From an uncultured Verrucomicrobiae bacterium (GTDB taxonomy: Bacteria > Verrucomicrobiota > Verrucomicrobiia > Chthoniobacterales > Chthoniobacteraceae): a stretch of 64,000 nt of DNA. Shown here piece after piece: positions 21,995-32,594 of the stretch (position 1 is its first letter; every line of letters begins with the position of its first letter). Made by a program: the position numbers and the translations under genes. The notes beneath the pieces were generated by a model, which did not search any database, was not told the DNA's origin, and was given only the letters and a program-made list of their open reading frames with translations. Location of the stretch: NCBI GenBank assembly GCA_963769025.1, contig CAVYKI010000010.1, forward strand, positions 384,001 through 448,000. Direction: 5' to 3'.

Positions 21995-24043
21995 CTAGGG
22001 AGCATGAACGAGCATGTCAACCGGTGTTGAGGGTTGAGCTTCCCGTTCCGTGTATGCCTTGAAAGTAATCCTCGCCGTGACGCCGGATTCCGGCCGGTTC
22101 ATGAGCTGGAGATTCCCGCCGTGGAGTTCGATGATCTTTTTCGACACCGTCAGCCCGAGGCCGGTTCCCTTTCCTGCCGGCTTGGTGGTGAAGAACGGAT
22201 CGAAAATCTTGGCAATCTTCTCCTCCGGAATCCCCTGCCCGGAATCGCTGATCTCGAGGACGACGACGCTGTCTCCAGCGCGGACCCGTTCGTTTTTCTT
22301 CGCGCCCTCATCACGTTCACCTGCGATGGACGTTTCGACATACGTTTTGACGATGACCTTGCCTCCCTCGGGCATCGCGTGCATCGCGTTGCCGAAGAGG
22401 TTGATCATCACCTGCTCGATTTTGACACGATCCAATTCCACCGGTGGAAGCATCGGGGCAAGGTGCTTCTCGACCGTGACGCGGTTCTTGATGAGTTCGA
22501 GCCTCAGCAAAACCAGCGCGGTCTCGAGGGTTTCGTTCAGATCTTCGGCCCTGAGATCCATCTCGTTCGGCACCGCGTACTCGAGCATTCCGCGCAGAAT
22601 CCTGTCCATGCGCAGGATGGCACCCCGCATGTCGCCCAGCACCTCGGCCCAGACCGTCTCCTCCCGGGGGATCGCCTTTTCGAGAAATTCCGTGCCGAGC
22701 AAAAGTTGGTTGAGCGGGTTCTTCACCTCGTGGGCGATGCCCGCCGACAGCCGCCCGAGTGATTCCAGCTTCTCGGCCTGGATGAGCATCATCTGGGTTT
22801 CACGGAGTTCCGCATTGGAACGCTCGAGATCCTCGACCGCCTTTCTCAGGGCCTGCGCGCTCTGCTCGCGGGCGGCCTCGGCCTGCTTTTTCGTGGTGAT
22901 GTCGCGGCTCAGGCAGACGAGCCCGGCGACCCGCGAGTCGGTGCCCACGAGCGGGATCTTGCTCGTGGAAAGCCACACATGCTCGCCGTGGGGACGGTCC
23001 ACGGTCGGCTCTTCGCGCTCGATGGACGGCCGGCTCGACCGGATCACCGCGAGGTCATCCACCTGGTAGCGCGCGGCGAGGTCGGGCGGGAAAAGATTGA
23101 AGGCGGTCTTGCCGATGATCTCCTTTGGATCTTCGGCGCCCATGAATGCGCAATGCGCCGCATTGCTCACGATGTACCGGCCCTGAAGATCCTTCACGTA
23201 CACGTGCTCGGGAAGGTTATCGATGATGGAGCGCAGCAGATTTCTCTCTTCCGCGAGGCGGTTCTCGGCGAGGACCCGCTGCGTGACGTCGCGGATGATC
23301 AGCCCGAAGTAGCGCAAGTCACCGACCAACCACGTGCTCAACGAAATCTCCACGGGAAACTCGCTGCCACCCGCGCTCACTCCGTAGAGTTGGCCAGCCC
23401 CGACAATGAAGCTCCCCGGTCCTCCCGTCGGAAACCGCGCCATCTCCGCCACGAATTGCCCGCGGCTCCGGCTCGCAAGCAATTCAGTGACCTGCTTGCC
23501 CAGGATTTCCTCCGGTCCGTAGCCGAACATCAGGTTCGCCCCGGTGTTCCACGATGCCACGTTTCCATCCGCGTCGGCCGCGATGATCCCCTCGCCGGCG
23601 GCTTCGGTGATCGACCGGAATTTGAGTTCCGATTCCCGAAGCGCCTCCTGCACGCGGACGCGCTCGATGGCATGGCCGATCGACCGATCGAGCAAGGCCG
23701 GAGTCATCTCATTCTTCGGGATGAAATCGGCGGCTCCGGCAGCCACGGTCTGGACGTCGATCGCCGGATCCTCCAGGCCCGAAAGAATGATCAGCGGGAA
23801 CCTGCAGTCCACGGCCTTTGCCTCGCGCAAGACATCCATTGCCGTGCGCTTGCCGAGTTTGAAATCCACCAGCGCCACATCATACGAATCCCGCAACTGC
23901 CCGATCGCGATCTCGTAAGAAGGCGACCAGGTGAGGTCAAAGTGCCGCCTGGAGATCGACTCGAGCGTCTCTTTGAGCAGATGAAAATCCGCCCGGTCGT
24001 CGTCCACGACGAGCACCTTGACTGGCTTGAGGTCGTTATTCAC
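21995..24043 (-). CDS. Hybrid sensor kinase: REC-PAS-PAS-HisKA-HATPase
   Basis: N-terminal REC, two PAS domains, 'AHEVKNPL', 'DPFFTTKPAGKGTGLGL'. Confidence 0.93.
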   Translation of the reverse strand: MNNDLKPVKVLVVDDDRADFHLLKETLESISRRHFDLTWSPSYEIAIGQLRDSYDVALVDFKLGKRTAMDVLREAKAVDCRFPLIILSGLEDPAIDVQTVAAGAADFIPKNEMTPALLDRSIGHAIERVRVQEALRESELKFRSITEAAGEGIIAADADGNVASWNTGANLMFGYGPEEILGKQVTELLASRSRGQFVAEMARFPTGGPGSFIVGAGQLYGVSAGGSEFPVEISLSTWLVGDLRYFGLIIRDVTQRVLAENRLAEERNLLRSIIDNLPEHVYVKDLQGRYIVSNAAHCAFMGAEDPKEIIGKTAFNLFPPDLAARYQVDDLAVIRSSRPSIEREEPTVDRPHGEHVWLSTSKIPLVGTDSRVAGLVCLSRDITTKKQAEAAREQSAQALRKAVEDLERSNAELRETQMMLIQAEKLESLGRLSAGIAHEVKNPLNQLLLGTEFLEKAIPREETVWAEVLGDMRGAILRMDRILRGMLEYAVPNEMDLRAEDLNETLETALVLLRLELIKNRVTVEKHLAPMLPPVELDRVKIEQVMINLFGNAMHAMPEGGKVIVKTYVETSIAGERDEGAKKNERVRAGDSVVVLEISDSGQGIPEEKIAKIFDPFFTTKPAGKGTGLGLTVSKKIIELHGGNLQLMNRPESGVTARITFKAYTEREAQPSTPVDMLVHAP

Positions 24044-24203
24044 ACCGTTTGAGGGTTTGGTTAAGCCGCACGTTGTTCATGAACCAAATCCCGGTGGCAC
24101 GCAAGCCTCGCCGCGAAGATAGAAACGCATCTCGAACGGTGTCCCCCGCCGCAGGACTGCACCGCGCGATTGCGGCCGCATCCGAGAAAACACCCGGCAC
24201 GAC

Positions 24204-25544
24204 TTGACGCTGCAACAGACTGCCGCCACCTTTTCCCTTCTTATGCGAAAGCCTGCGATCATCCAAGCCATCACCGTGACCGCGATCCTCTGCGCGACCC
24301 CTCTGGCCGGTGCGGTGGACATCTTCGGATGGAAGCCGTTCGGCGACAAAAATGCCGGGAAAGCCTCAGCCACTCCCGAGCAGGAATCGGCGGCCGCACA
24401 GGAATTGCGCAGCGGCGAAGCGCTCGAAACCAGCGGTCGGCTGGATTCGGCGCTGAAGGTGTACCGGGGGATCGTGAAATCCGGCCCGGTGACCGCGGCC
24501 TCCGCGAAGGCGCAGTTTCACATCGGCCACATTCTCGAGCGCAAAGGCGACCTGCCGGATGCCTTTAAGGCGTATTCGGAATACACGGCGAAATACCCGA
24601 ACGGGACCGATTTCGACCGGGTGATCCAGTCGCAGTTCGACATCGCGAAGATTTTCCTCGGCGGCAAGAAGACGAAGGTGCTCGGGGTGCCGCTTTCGCC
24701 GTCGTACAAGCGCGCGGAGGAAATGTTCGCCGCCATCGTGAAGAGCGCGCCGTTCCACCGGCTGGCGCCGATGGCGCAGTTCAACGTGGGCCAATCGCTC
24801 GAAAAGCAGGCGAAAGTGCCCGAGGCGATCGCCGCCTACCGCGACGTCATCAACCGCTATCCCGGCGATCCCGTGGCGCACGACGCGCAGTACCAGCTCG
24901 GCTACGTACAATTCAACGAGACCCAGACGGGCAGCTACAACCAGCAGACGCGGCAGCAGGCGAAGGAGTCGTTTGAAGAATACGTGAACCGCCAGCCGAA
25001 GAGCGAAAAAATGGCGCAGGCCCGGGAGAACATCAAGGTGCTGACGAGCGCGGAGCTCAAGAACACGATGGAGATCGCGAAATTCTACGACAAGACGAAG
25101 AACTACAAGGCGGCCGTCGTTTACTATAACGAGGTCATCAAAAGCGCCCCGGGCGGACCGGAGAGCGACCAGGCGCGCAAGCGCATTGAGGAACTCAAGG
25201 CCATTGCCGGCGCGGATGTTCTCCGCTCAGGCCCCGAAAAGGCGGAGAGCGGCGAGATGGCGCTCGCCCGGCGCCGTGCCCAGGCGCGCGTGGATGTCGC
25301 CAGCCGTCCCGACTTTAACGGTCCCTACATCCCGCTGCCGCCGCTGCCGGACGACGGTCGTCCGCGCCTGCGCACGCCGGGGCCGATGGGACCGATCACC
25401 GAGCCTGCGCTGCCGACGACCGATCCGCTGCAGGATCCCTCGCTGCCGAAGCTGCGCCCAGGCGACCCGCTCATCCCGTTGCAACCGCTCCCGCCCCTGC
25501 CGGAGCCCAAGCCCGAGGCTGACCCCGCGAACAAGGCGCAATGA
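24204..25544 (+). CDS. BamD-like TPR outer membrane assembly protein with Pro-rich tail
   Basis: Signal peptide, TPR repeats, 'IAKFYDKTKNYKAAVVYY'; overlaps the lptE start; exact start uncertain (24204 or 24243). Confidence 0.75.
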   Translation: MTLQQTAATFSLLMRKPAIIQAITVTAILCATPLAGAVDIFGWKPFGDKNAGKASATPEQESAAAQELRSGEALETSGRLDSALKVYRGIVKSGPVTAASAKAQFHIGHILERKGDLPDAFKAYSEYTAKYPNGTDFDRVIQSQFDIAKIFLGGKKTKVLGVPLSPSYKRAEEMFAAIVKSAPFHRLAPMAQFNVGQSLEKQAKVPEAIAAYRDVINRYPGDPVAHDAQYQLGYVQFNETQTGSYNQQTRQQAKESFEEYVNRQPKSEKMAQARENIKVLTSAELKNTMEIAKFYDKTKNYKAAVVYYNEVIKSAPGGPESDQARKRIEELKAIAGADVLRSGPEKAESGEMALARRRAQARVDVASRPDFNGPYIPLPPLPDDGRPRLRTPGPMGPITEPALPTTDPLQDPSLPKLRPGDPLIPLQPLPPLPEPKPEADPANKAQ

Positions 25545-26071
25545 GGTTCGTGCTGTCGTTGCTCGCGGCGCTCCTCTGCACGTCGTGCGGCTACCATGTG
25601 GGGCCGGTAAAGCCGACCAAGCTGCAGGACATCCGCCGCATTTGCGTAAAGAACTTCAAAAATGAAACGCTCGAGCCGCGCATGGAGGCGATGCTCGCCA
25701 GCGCGGTCATCAAGCAGCTCCAACTCGACGGCACCTACGAGATCACGGGCGAATCGCGCGCCGACGCCATCCTGCAGGGCACGCTCATGCGCATCGAGCG
25801 CACCCCGGCGCGGGTGGTGCGCGGCAATGTCCTCCAGAGTTCGGAATATCTCCTCACGATCACGTGCAGCTATGTCCTCACGACGGCGCGGACCGGAAAG
25901 GTGCTCGACCAGCGGCAGATCATCGGGACGACGAATTTCTTCGTCTCCGCCGGATCGAGCGGCGCGGACCTGCTCACCGCCGACTCTGCGCGGGACGAAC
26001 GCCAGGCGATCCCGCTCGCCGTCGAGGATCTCGCCACGCGCCTCTCGAGCCTCCTCTGCGAAGGCTGGTGA
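25541..26071 (+). CDS. lptE: LPS assembly lipoprotein LptE
   Basis: Lipobox 'TSCGYH', 'F.NETLEP' pattern. Confidence 0.75.
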   Translation: MRFVLSLLAALLCTSCGYHVGPVKPTKLQDIRRICVKNFKNETLEPRMEAMLASAVIKQLQLDGTYEITGESRADAILQGTLMRIERTPARVVRGNVLQSSEYLLTITCSYVLTTARTGKVLDQRQIIGTTNFFVSAGSSGADLLTADSARDERQAIPLAVEDLATRLSSLLCEGW

Positions 26072-26079
26072 CGAACGAA

Positions 26080-26223
26080 GTTGAGGGTTGAGGGTCGAGG
26101 GTTGAGAGGCGAAGAATCGGGCGCTTGCACCAACATTTTGCCCTGCCAGAAAAACGACACGCTCGGAGGACCGGCACACGGCTTTGTTTTTTCCTCTCAA
26201 CTCTCAACCATCAACCATCAACT
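26080..26223. repeat. Two oppositely oriented runs of heptamer repeats, (GTTGAGG)n and (CTCAACY/ATCAACC)n
   Basis: 26080-26108 and 26194-26223 are approximately reverse complements. Confidence 0.7.
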
Positions 26224-26230
26224 GCCGGAA

Positions 26231-26896
26231 ATGCTCTTCCTCGTCCCCACACCCATCGGCAATCTCGGCGACATCACCGTCCGGGCGCTCGACGTGCTGA
26301 AGGACGCTGACTTCATCGCCTGCGAGGACACGCGGCACAGCATCCACCTGCTCCGGCATTTCGGGATCGAAAAACCGCTCGTGAGCTACCACGAGCACAA
26401 CGAGGCGCGGCGCACGGCCGAATTCATCGAGCAGCTCGCCGCGGGGAAAAAGATCGCCATCATCAGCGACGCCGGGCTTCCCGGCATCAGCGATCCCGGC
26501 CATCGGATCCTCCGCGCGTGCCAGCAGCGCGGGCTGCCCTACACCGTGCTCCCCGGCGCGAGTGCCGTCCTCACGGCGCTGGTCGGCTCGGGCTTTGACG
26601 CGACGAAGTTTTACTACGCGGGATTTCTCCCGGTCAAAAGCGGCGGACGCGAACGCGATCTCCGCGCGGCGGGCGAACGCGAGGAGACCACCGTCTTTTT
26701 CGAATCGCCGCACCGCCTCGTGAAGACGCTCACGGCCGCGACCACACTGCTGCCGGAGCGCCCGCTGTGCGTCGCGCGCGAACTCACGAAAACCTTTGAG
26801 GAATACCGGCGCGGCACCGCCGCCGAGCTGCTCGCCCACTACACCGCGCACCCGCCGAAGGGCGAGATCGTCCTGATCGTCGCCGGCCTCGACTGA
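26231..26896 (+). CDS. rsmI: 16S rRNA C1402 2'-O-methyltransferase
   Basis: 'PTPIGNLGDIT.RA', 'ACEDTR', 'SDAGLPGISDPG', 'FESPHR', 'ARELTK'. Confidence 0.96.
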   Translation: MLFLVPTPIGNLGDITVRALDVLKDADFIACEDTRHSIHLLRHFGIEKPLVSYHEHNEARRTAEFIEQLAAGKKIAIISDAGLPGISDPGHRILRACQQRGLPYTVLPGASAVLTALVGSGFDATKFYYAGFLPVKSGGRERDLRAAGEREETTVFFESPHRLVKTLTAATTLLPERPLCVARELTKTFEEYRRGTAAELLAHYTAHPPKGEIVLIVAGLD

Positions 26897-27303
26897 TGAA
26901 CGCAAACCCCATGTCCCTGCTCCGGCTGCTGCTCCTCCTTTCCGTGCTGTCTTTCACCGCGTGCACCGACCCGCGGAGCACTGCGGCATCGCGCCTCCGG
27001 AACGCCGATGTCGCGGAACTCCGCTCCGATGTCGCAAAGCTTTGCACGCGCCTGTTCCTCTCACCAGGTTCCACCATGGTCGCCGTCCGCCCGGAGATGT
27101 GGCCCGCCAGCGTGCTCAAACTCCGCCCGCTTCGCCTGAACCTCTACCCCGACGGTCTCGCCGTCACGGTCCAGGCCGAGCCCGGTTTCGAATACGGCAT
27201 CCACATTGCCCCCACGGGCCATTCGGAGCCGCCGAAATCCACCGCCCGCACGCAATACGAGAAGCTCCAGGACGGCATCTGCTACTTCGTGCAGAAGCGG
27301 TAG
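26896..27303 (+). CDS. Hypothetical lipoprotein
   Basis: Hydrophobic N-terminus with 'FTAC' lipobox. Confidence 0.6.
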   Translation: MNANPMSLLRLLLLLSVLSFTACTDPRSTAASRLRNADVAELRSDVAKLCTRLFLSPGSTMVAVRPEMWPASVLKLRPLRLNLYPDGLAVTVQAEPGFEYGIHIAPTGHSEPPKSTARTQYEKLQDGICYFVQKR

Positions 27304-27316
27304 CTTCCCGCTCCAA

Positions 27317-27355
27317 ACGAAAAACCCCGACCACTCTCGCAGCCGGGGTTTTCGT
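27317..27355. terminator. Bidirectional intrinsic terminator
   Basis: AAAAACCCCG...CGGGGTTTT between convergent genes. Confidence 0.7.
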
Positions 27356-27372
27356 AAAATGATGTGCAGCGT

Positions 27373-27630
27373 TTAGCTCGCGGACGCGACGGGATCCACG
27401 TTGATACGGCGGCCGCCCTTGTCGAAGCGCACCTTGCCGTCCACGAGCGCCCAGATTGTGTAGTCGCGACCGAGGCCGACATTCTTGCCCGGCTGGAATT
27501 TCGTTCCGCGCTGACGGACGATGATGTTGCCGGCGACGACGACTTCGCTGCCGTATTTTTTCACGCCCAGCCGCTTGCTGACGCTGTCGCGGCCGTTCTT
27601 GACGCTTCCCTGACCTTTCTTATGAGCCAT
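27373..27630 (-). CDS. rpmA: 50S ribosomal protein L27
   Basis: '[23 protein letters not shown]'. Confidence 0.98.
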   Translation of the reverse strand: MAHKKGQGSVKNGRDSVSKRLGVKKYGSEVVVAGNIIVRQRGTKFQPGKNVGLGRDYTIWALVDGKVRFDKGGRRINVDPVASAS

Positions 27631-27660
27631 AAAATTGAGTGGTGAGTGTTGGGTTGAAAA

Positions 27661-27969
27661 TTAGCCGATGGCCGTGACCTTCACCTTCGTGAGGCGCTGG
27701 CGATGACCGACCGTGCGGTGGTAGCCCTTGCGGCGCTTGTAACGGTAGGCGAGCAGCTTTTCGCCTTTCTCCTGCGCGAGGATCTCGCCGGTCACGGAGA
27801 CTCCCTTCGTGTCGCCGCCGACCTTGATATCGGCGCCTGTGCCCGTGAGGAGCACCTCGCTGAACGTGACGGAAGAGCCGACTTCGCCCTCGAGTTTTTC
27901 GATGGTGAGCGTATCGCCTTTGGCGACCCGGTATTGTTTACCACCGGTTTTGATGACTGCGTAAGACAT
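27661..27969 (-). CDS. rplU: 50S ribosomal protein L21
   Basis: 'YAVIKTGGKQY', 'GHRQ'. Confidence 0.98.
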   Translation of the reverse strand: MSYAVIKTGGKQYRVAKGDTLTIEKLEGEVGSSVTFSEVLLTGTGADIKVGGDTKGVSVTGEILAQEKGEKLLAYRYKRRKGYHRTVGHRQRLTKVKVTAIG

Positions 27970-28115
27970 GGCGTTGTTTTCTTGGAAAATGGGCGCGGAA
28001 ACTGGCACCGACGCCGCACTCTGGCAAGGGATAAAATCGCACGAACTTCAAATGCACCCCCGCCGGGTTTTGCCCGCTTGCCTAAGGAACCCTCGCGTTC
28101 CAAGGTTTTCCCATC

Positions 28116-29144
28116 ATGAAAACCCCCTCCGTCCCCTCCCAGTGCCCCGATTGCGAATCGCCCCGCATCATCGTCGTCCACGAACCGCTCCCGCAGATCG
28201 AGCGCCGCGTCTTTTTGAAAAAAACCATCGGCGCGCTCGCCGCCACCGCAGTCGCGCCGTGGGCGCAGGCCGCGAAGGGCGGAAAGAGCGAGACGCTCGT
28301 GCAGCAGTTCGCCAAGACGCTCACCGAGCAGCAGCGCGCGAAGGTCTGGTTCCCGTTCGAGGACCGCAAGCGCACGCTCGTGGACAACAACTGGCACATC
28401 GTGGACGAGAAGCTCGGCGCGTTTTTCACCAAGGATCAGCAGGCGATGGTGCGCGAGATTTTCCTCGGCCTGCACTCGCCGGAGTACGCGGAGAAAGTGA
28501 TCCAGCAGGTCACGCACGACAGCGGCAAGGCGGGATTCGAGGACTCGTCCGTCGCGCTCTTCGGCGAGCCCGGCACGGGCAATTTTGAATTCGTGCTCAC
28601 AGGCCGCCACTGCACGCGGCGCTGCGACGGCGACAGCGTCGAAGGTGCGGCGTTTGGCGGGCCCATTTTCTACGGCCACGCCGCCGCGGGATTCAATGAG
28701 CCGCCGGATCATCCTGGCAATGCGTATTGGTACCAGGCGAAGCGGGCGAACGCGGTCTTCCAGATGCTCGATGGCAAACAGCGCGAGAAGGCGCTGCTCG
28801 ACCGCGGGCGCGAAGAGACCGGCAACAACACCGTGAAGCTTCAGGGCAAAGGCGCGAACATCGAGGGCCTCGCCGTCGCCGACATGACGAAGGACCAGCG
28901 CGAAGGCGTGCGCGGCGTGCTGAGCGATCTGCTCGCGCCGTTCCGCAAGGAGGACGCCGACGAGGCGCTGAAATACGTGGACGCCGCGGGCTTCGACAAC
29001 GTCCACATGGCGTTCTACAAGGCCGGCGACATCGGCAAGGACGGCGTGTGGGACGTCTGGCAGATCGAAGGACCGAACATGGTCTGGTACTTCCGCGGCT
29101 CCCCGCACGTGCATGTGTGGGTGAATATCGCGGCCAGCGCGTAA
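28116..29144 (+). CDS. DUF3500-like protein with a Tat-type signal
   Basis: 'ERRVFLK' twin-arginine motif; 'FGEPG', 'GRH', 'IEGP', 'PHVH' resemble DUF3500. Confidence 0.65.
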   Translation: MKTPSVPSQCPDCESPRIIVVHEPLPQIERRVFLKKTIGALAATAVAPWAQAAKGGKSETLVQQFAKTLTEQQRAKVWFPFEDRKRTLVDNNWHIVDEKLGAFFTKDQQAMVREIFLGLHSPEYAEKVIQQVTHDSGKAGFEDSSVALFGEPGTGNFEFVLTGRHCTRRCDGDSVEGAAFGGPIFYGHAAAGFNEPPDHPGNAYWYQAKRANAVFQMLDGKQREKALLDRGREETGNNTVKLQGKGANIEGLAVADMTKDQREGVRGVLSDLLAPFRKEDADEALKYVDAAGFDNVHMAFYKAGDIGKDGVWDVWQIEGPNMVWYFRGSPHVHVWVNIAASA

Positions 29145-29159
29145 CGCCGGATCAGAGCA

Positions 29160-29822
29160 TCACCGCACGATCCCGCTGAGCGCCGGCGGCAACGCCTCCA
29201 CACCGAAGGCCACTTCGCCAAGCATCGGCACCGCGCCGCCCGGCAGCGTGGCGAGCAATTCGCCGAGCACCCCGGCGTTCGTCAGCACCGCCGCATCACC
29301 GTCCGCAGGCGGCTGCGCCTGGTTCAAAATCACGCCCGCGCAACGCAGCCCCCGCGCGTGAATCGCCGCGACGGTGAGCAGCGTGTGATTGATCACGCCG
29401 AGCCGGTTCGCCGCCACGATGACTACCGGCAGCGCGAATTCCGCCGCGAGATCCGCCATCGAGAAATCCCGCGCCACCGGCACCAGCCAGCCGCCCGCGC
29501 CCTCCACGATCACCGTGGCGTGCGCCGCGCGCAGTTGCGCAAATTTTTCGCGCACGAGCGCGAGGTCCACCATGCGTCCCTCGATCATCGCCGCCGTGTA
29601 AGGCGCAACCGGAGGACGCAGCCACACGGGGTTCACATCATTCAGCGCCACCGCACCACCCGACGCCTCCGTGAGCAGTTCGCCATCCTCCCGTCCGCCG
29701 CAGCAGATCGGCTTGAAGCCCACCGCATCGACACCGGTCGTGCGCAACGTCCGCACGAGCATCGCCGCCACGTGCGTCTTGCCCACGTTCGTGTCCGTCC
29801 CGGTGATGAAAAGTCCCGCCAC
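29160..29822 (-). CDS. bioD: Dethiobiotin synthase
   Basis: 'FITGTDTNVGKT', 'VEGAGG', 'LGVINH'. Confidence 0.95.
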   Translation of the reverse strand: MAGLFITGTDTNVGKTHVAAMLVRTLRTTGVDAVGFKPICCGGREDGELLTEASGGAVALNDVNPVWLRPPVAPYTAAMIEGRMVDLALVREKFAQLRAAHATVIVEGAGGWLVPVARDFSMADLAAEFALPVVIVAANRLGVINHTLLTVAAIHARGLRCAGVILNQAQPPADGDAAVLTNAGVLGELLATLPGGAVPMLGEVAFGVEALPPALSGIVR

Positions 29823-29826
29823 GGCG

Positions 29827-31685
29827 CTACTCCACCGTCACGCTCTTCGCGAGGTTGCGCGGCTTGTCCACGTCGCAGCCGAGGGCGACGGCGGTGTGGT
29901 AGGCGAGGAGTTGCAGCGGGATGGAAGTGAGGATGGGCGTGAGGAAGTCCGGGCACGCGGGGATGCAGATGACGTCATCGGCGACGGCTTCCAGCTTGCT
30001 GCATCCCTCGGTGCCGATGGCGATGATCGGGCCCTTGCGCGCCTTCACTTCCTCGATGTTGCGAGATGTTTTTCTCGAGCACGCTGTCGTCGGGCGCGAT
30101 GAAGACGTGGGCAGTTCGGGCGTGATGAGCGCGATGACGCCGTGCTTCAGCTCCGCGCTCGGGTGGCCGCTCGCGTGGATGTAGGAGATCTCCTTCATCT
30201 TCAGCGCACCTTCGAGCGCGACCGGGTAGTTGAACTGCCGGCCGAGGAACATCATCGCGCTGGCCTTGCGCGTATTTCTGCGCGATGGCTTTGATGTGGT
30301 CGTCTGCGAGGATGCGGCGCGACCTTGTCGGGCATGCGCCTCGAGTTCATCGATGATGCGCAGCCCTTCGCGTGGTGCTCGAGGTGCCGGATGCGGCCGA
30401 GGAGCAGCGCGATGAGCGTGAGGATGGTGACCTGCGAGGTGAAGGATTTCGTCGCGGCGACGCCGATCTCCGGGCCGGCGTGCATGTAGACGCCGCCGTC
30501 GCTTTCGCGGGCGATGGTGCGAGCCGACGTTGTTGCAGATGCCGAGGGTGCGCAGGCCCTTGCGCTGGCTCTCGCGCAGGGCGGCGAGCGTGTCGGCGGT
30601 CTCGCCGCTCTGGCTGATGCAGAAGACGAGCGTGTCCTTCGGCAGCGGCAGATTGCGGTAGCGGAACTCGCTCGCGAACTCGACCTCGACCGGCACGTGC
30701 GCGAGCGCCTCGATGATGTATTCGCCGACCAGCGCCGCGTGGCAGGCGGTGCCGCAGCCGGTGAGGATGATGCGCTCGACCTCGCGCAGCTCCTGCGGCG
30801 TCATCTCGAGGCCGCCGAGCTTCGCGGTGGCCTCCTCGCGCGAGAGCCGGCCGCGCATCGCATCGCGGATCGTCTCCGGCTGCTCGTAGATTTCCTTGAG
30901 CATGTAGTGCGGGTAGTCGCCCTTGCTCACGTCCTCGGCGGTGAACTCGACCTTGCTCACCTCGAAGCCGCTCGCGCCGCCGAGCAGGCTGGTGATTTCA
31001 AACTCGTCCCGCGCCGAGCACGGCGATGTCGAAGTCCTTCAAATAAACCGCCTCGCGCGTGTGCGCGACGATGGCGCTCACGTCGCTCGCGAAAAAATTC
31101 TCGCCCTTGCCGACGCCGAGCACGAGCGGGCTGCCGCGCCGCGCGCCGACGATGACATCCGGCACGTCCGCGTGCATGAGCACGATGCCGTAGGTGCCGA
31201 CGACCTCGCGCAGCGCCTCGCGCAGCGCCTCGACGAGCCGCGCCTTTCGCGTGCGGTCGCCTTCAGCGCGTCGTAGTGTTTGCCGATGAGATGCGCGAGC
31301 ACCTCGGTGTCGGTCTGCGCGGTGAAGGTGTGGCCCTCGCTGGACGAGCTGATCGCGCAGCGTCGGCGTAGTTCTCGATGACGCCGTTGTGGCAGACGCG
31401 AGAGCGCCCGCTCTGGTCGAGGTGCGGGTGCGCGTTTTCATCCGTCACGCCGCCGTGCGTCGCCCAGCGGGTGTGCGAGATGCCGGCGTCGCCGCCCAGC
31501 GGCGACTGCTGGAGCAATGCGGCGAGGTTCGCGATGCGGCCGATGCGCTTGCGCGTCTCGATCGCGCCGCCGGAGATCGTCGCCACGCCCGCGGAGTCGT
31601 AGCCGCGATATTCGAGCCGGCGGAGGCCGTCGAGGAGAACGGGGACCGCCTGGTTTCTGCCGATGTAGCCAACGATTCCGCACAT
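29827..31685 (-). CDS. glmS: Glutamine-fructose-6-phosphate transaminase, multiple frameshifts
   Basis: 'MCGIVG', '[10 protein letters not shown]', 'HTRWATHG', 'SQSGETADT', '[11 protein letters not shown]'. Confidence 0.95.
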
Positions 31686-31799
31686 GAGAAAAGGAGAGTT
31701 CGAAAATGAATGCCGGGTGAGGCGGCAGTTATGCACACGGTGACGGAAGCGGCAAACCGCTTTCACGGATCGCCGATAATCGGAACACGGCCATTTTGA

Positions 31800-31914
31800 A
31801 ACGCAGAGAAGCAGAGACGCGGAGGAAGCAGCGCCCCGCGGAAATCCGTGGCCAGCTCACATGGGATCTCTGGCGAGGGTGCCGTTCTTCTCTGCGTCTC
31901 CGCGTCTCTGCGTT
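31800..31914. repeat. Inverted pair of GCAGAGA-type short tandem repeats
   Basis: AACGCAGAGAAGCAGAGACGCGGAG and CTCTGCGTCTCCGCGTCTCTGCGTT. Confidence 0.7.
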
Positions 31915-31976
31915 GCAAAAATCACGCCCGCGAAAACGGATCGCGATCGGGCGCGCGGGCTGACATGGTCACCGCG

Positions 31977-32594
31977 ATGCCGCGCGCTCCGAAGAAAACC
32001 GACCCCATGCTTGCCACGCGCCAGAGCCTCATCGCGAGCCTCGGCGACCTGGATGACCGCTCGCGATGGGAGGAATTTTTCGAGACGTACTGGCGGCTCA
32101 TCCACAGCGTCGCGATGCGCGCGGGACTGCACGACGACGAGGCGCAGGAGGTCGTGCAGGAGACGTGCATCGCCGTGGCGCGGAACGTCGCGCGCTACGA
32201 CAGCAAGGCGGGATCGTTCAAGTCGTGGCTGCTGCAGATGGCGCGGTGGCGCATCACGGATCAGTTTCGCAAGCGCGACAACCGCCGCGCGGTGCGGAGC
32301 GACGACGACACGCGCGCCACCGGGACCATCGAGCGGCTTCCGGGCGCGGGCGAGGGCGGGTTCACGGCGATGTGGGAGGAGGAATGGCAGCGCCACGTGC
32401 TGGGCGCGGCGCTCGCGAAGGTGAAGCGGCGCGTGGAGCCGAAGCACTACCAGATTTTCGACTGCGTCGTCGTGAAGCAGTGGAGCGCGGCGAAGGCGGC
32501 GAAGGAACTCGGCGTGAACATCGCGCAGGTGTACCTCGTGAAGCACCGCCTGAAGGCGATGCTGAAGAGCGAGCTCAAGGCGCTCGAACTCTGA
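31977..32594 (+). CDS. ECF-type RNA polymerase sigma factor
   Basis: 'TRQSLI', 'WEEFFETY', 'AQEVVQE', 'GSFKSWL', region 4 'VYLVKHRL'. Confidence 0.9.
   Translation: MPRAPKKTDPMLATRQSLIASLGDLDDRSRWEEFFETYWRLIHSVAMRAGLHDDEAQEVVQETCIAVARNVARYDSKAGSFKSWLLQMARWRITDQFRKRDNRRAVRSDDDTRATGTIERLPGAGEGGFTAMWEEEWQRHVLGAALAKVKRRVEPKHYQIFDCVVVKQWSAAKAAKELGVNIAQVYLVKHRLKAMLKSELKALEL

Noticed and set aside
31686..31800. glmS ribozyme
   Set aside because: I could not recognise the conserved core, and the leader appears short; an Rfam scan would settle it.
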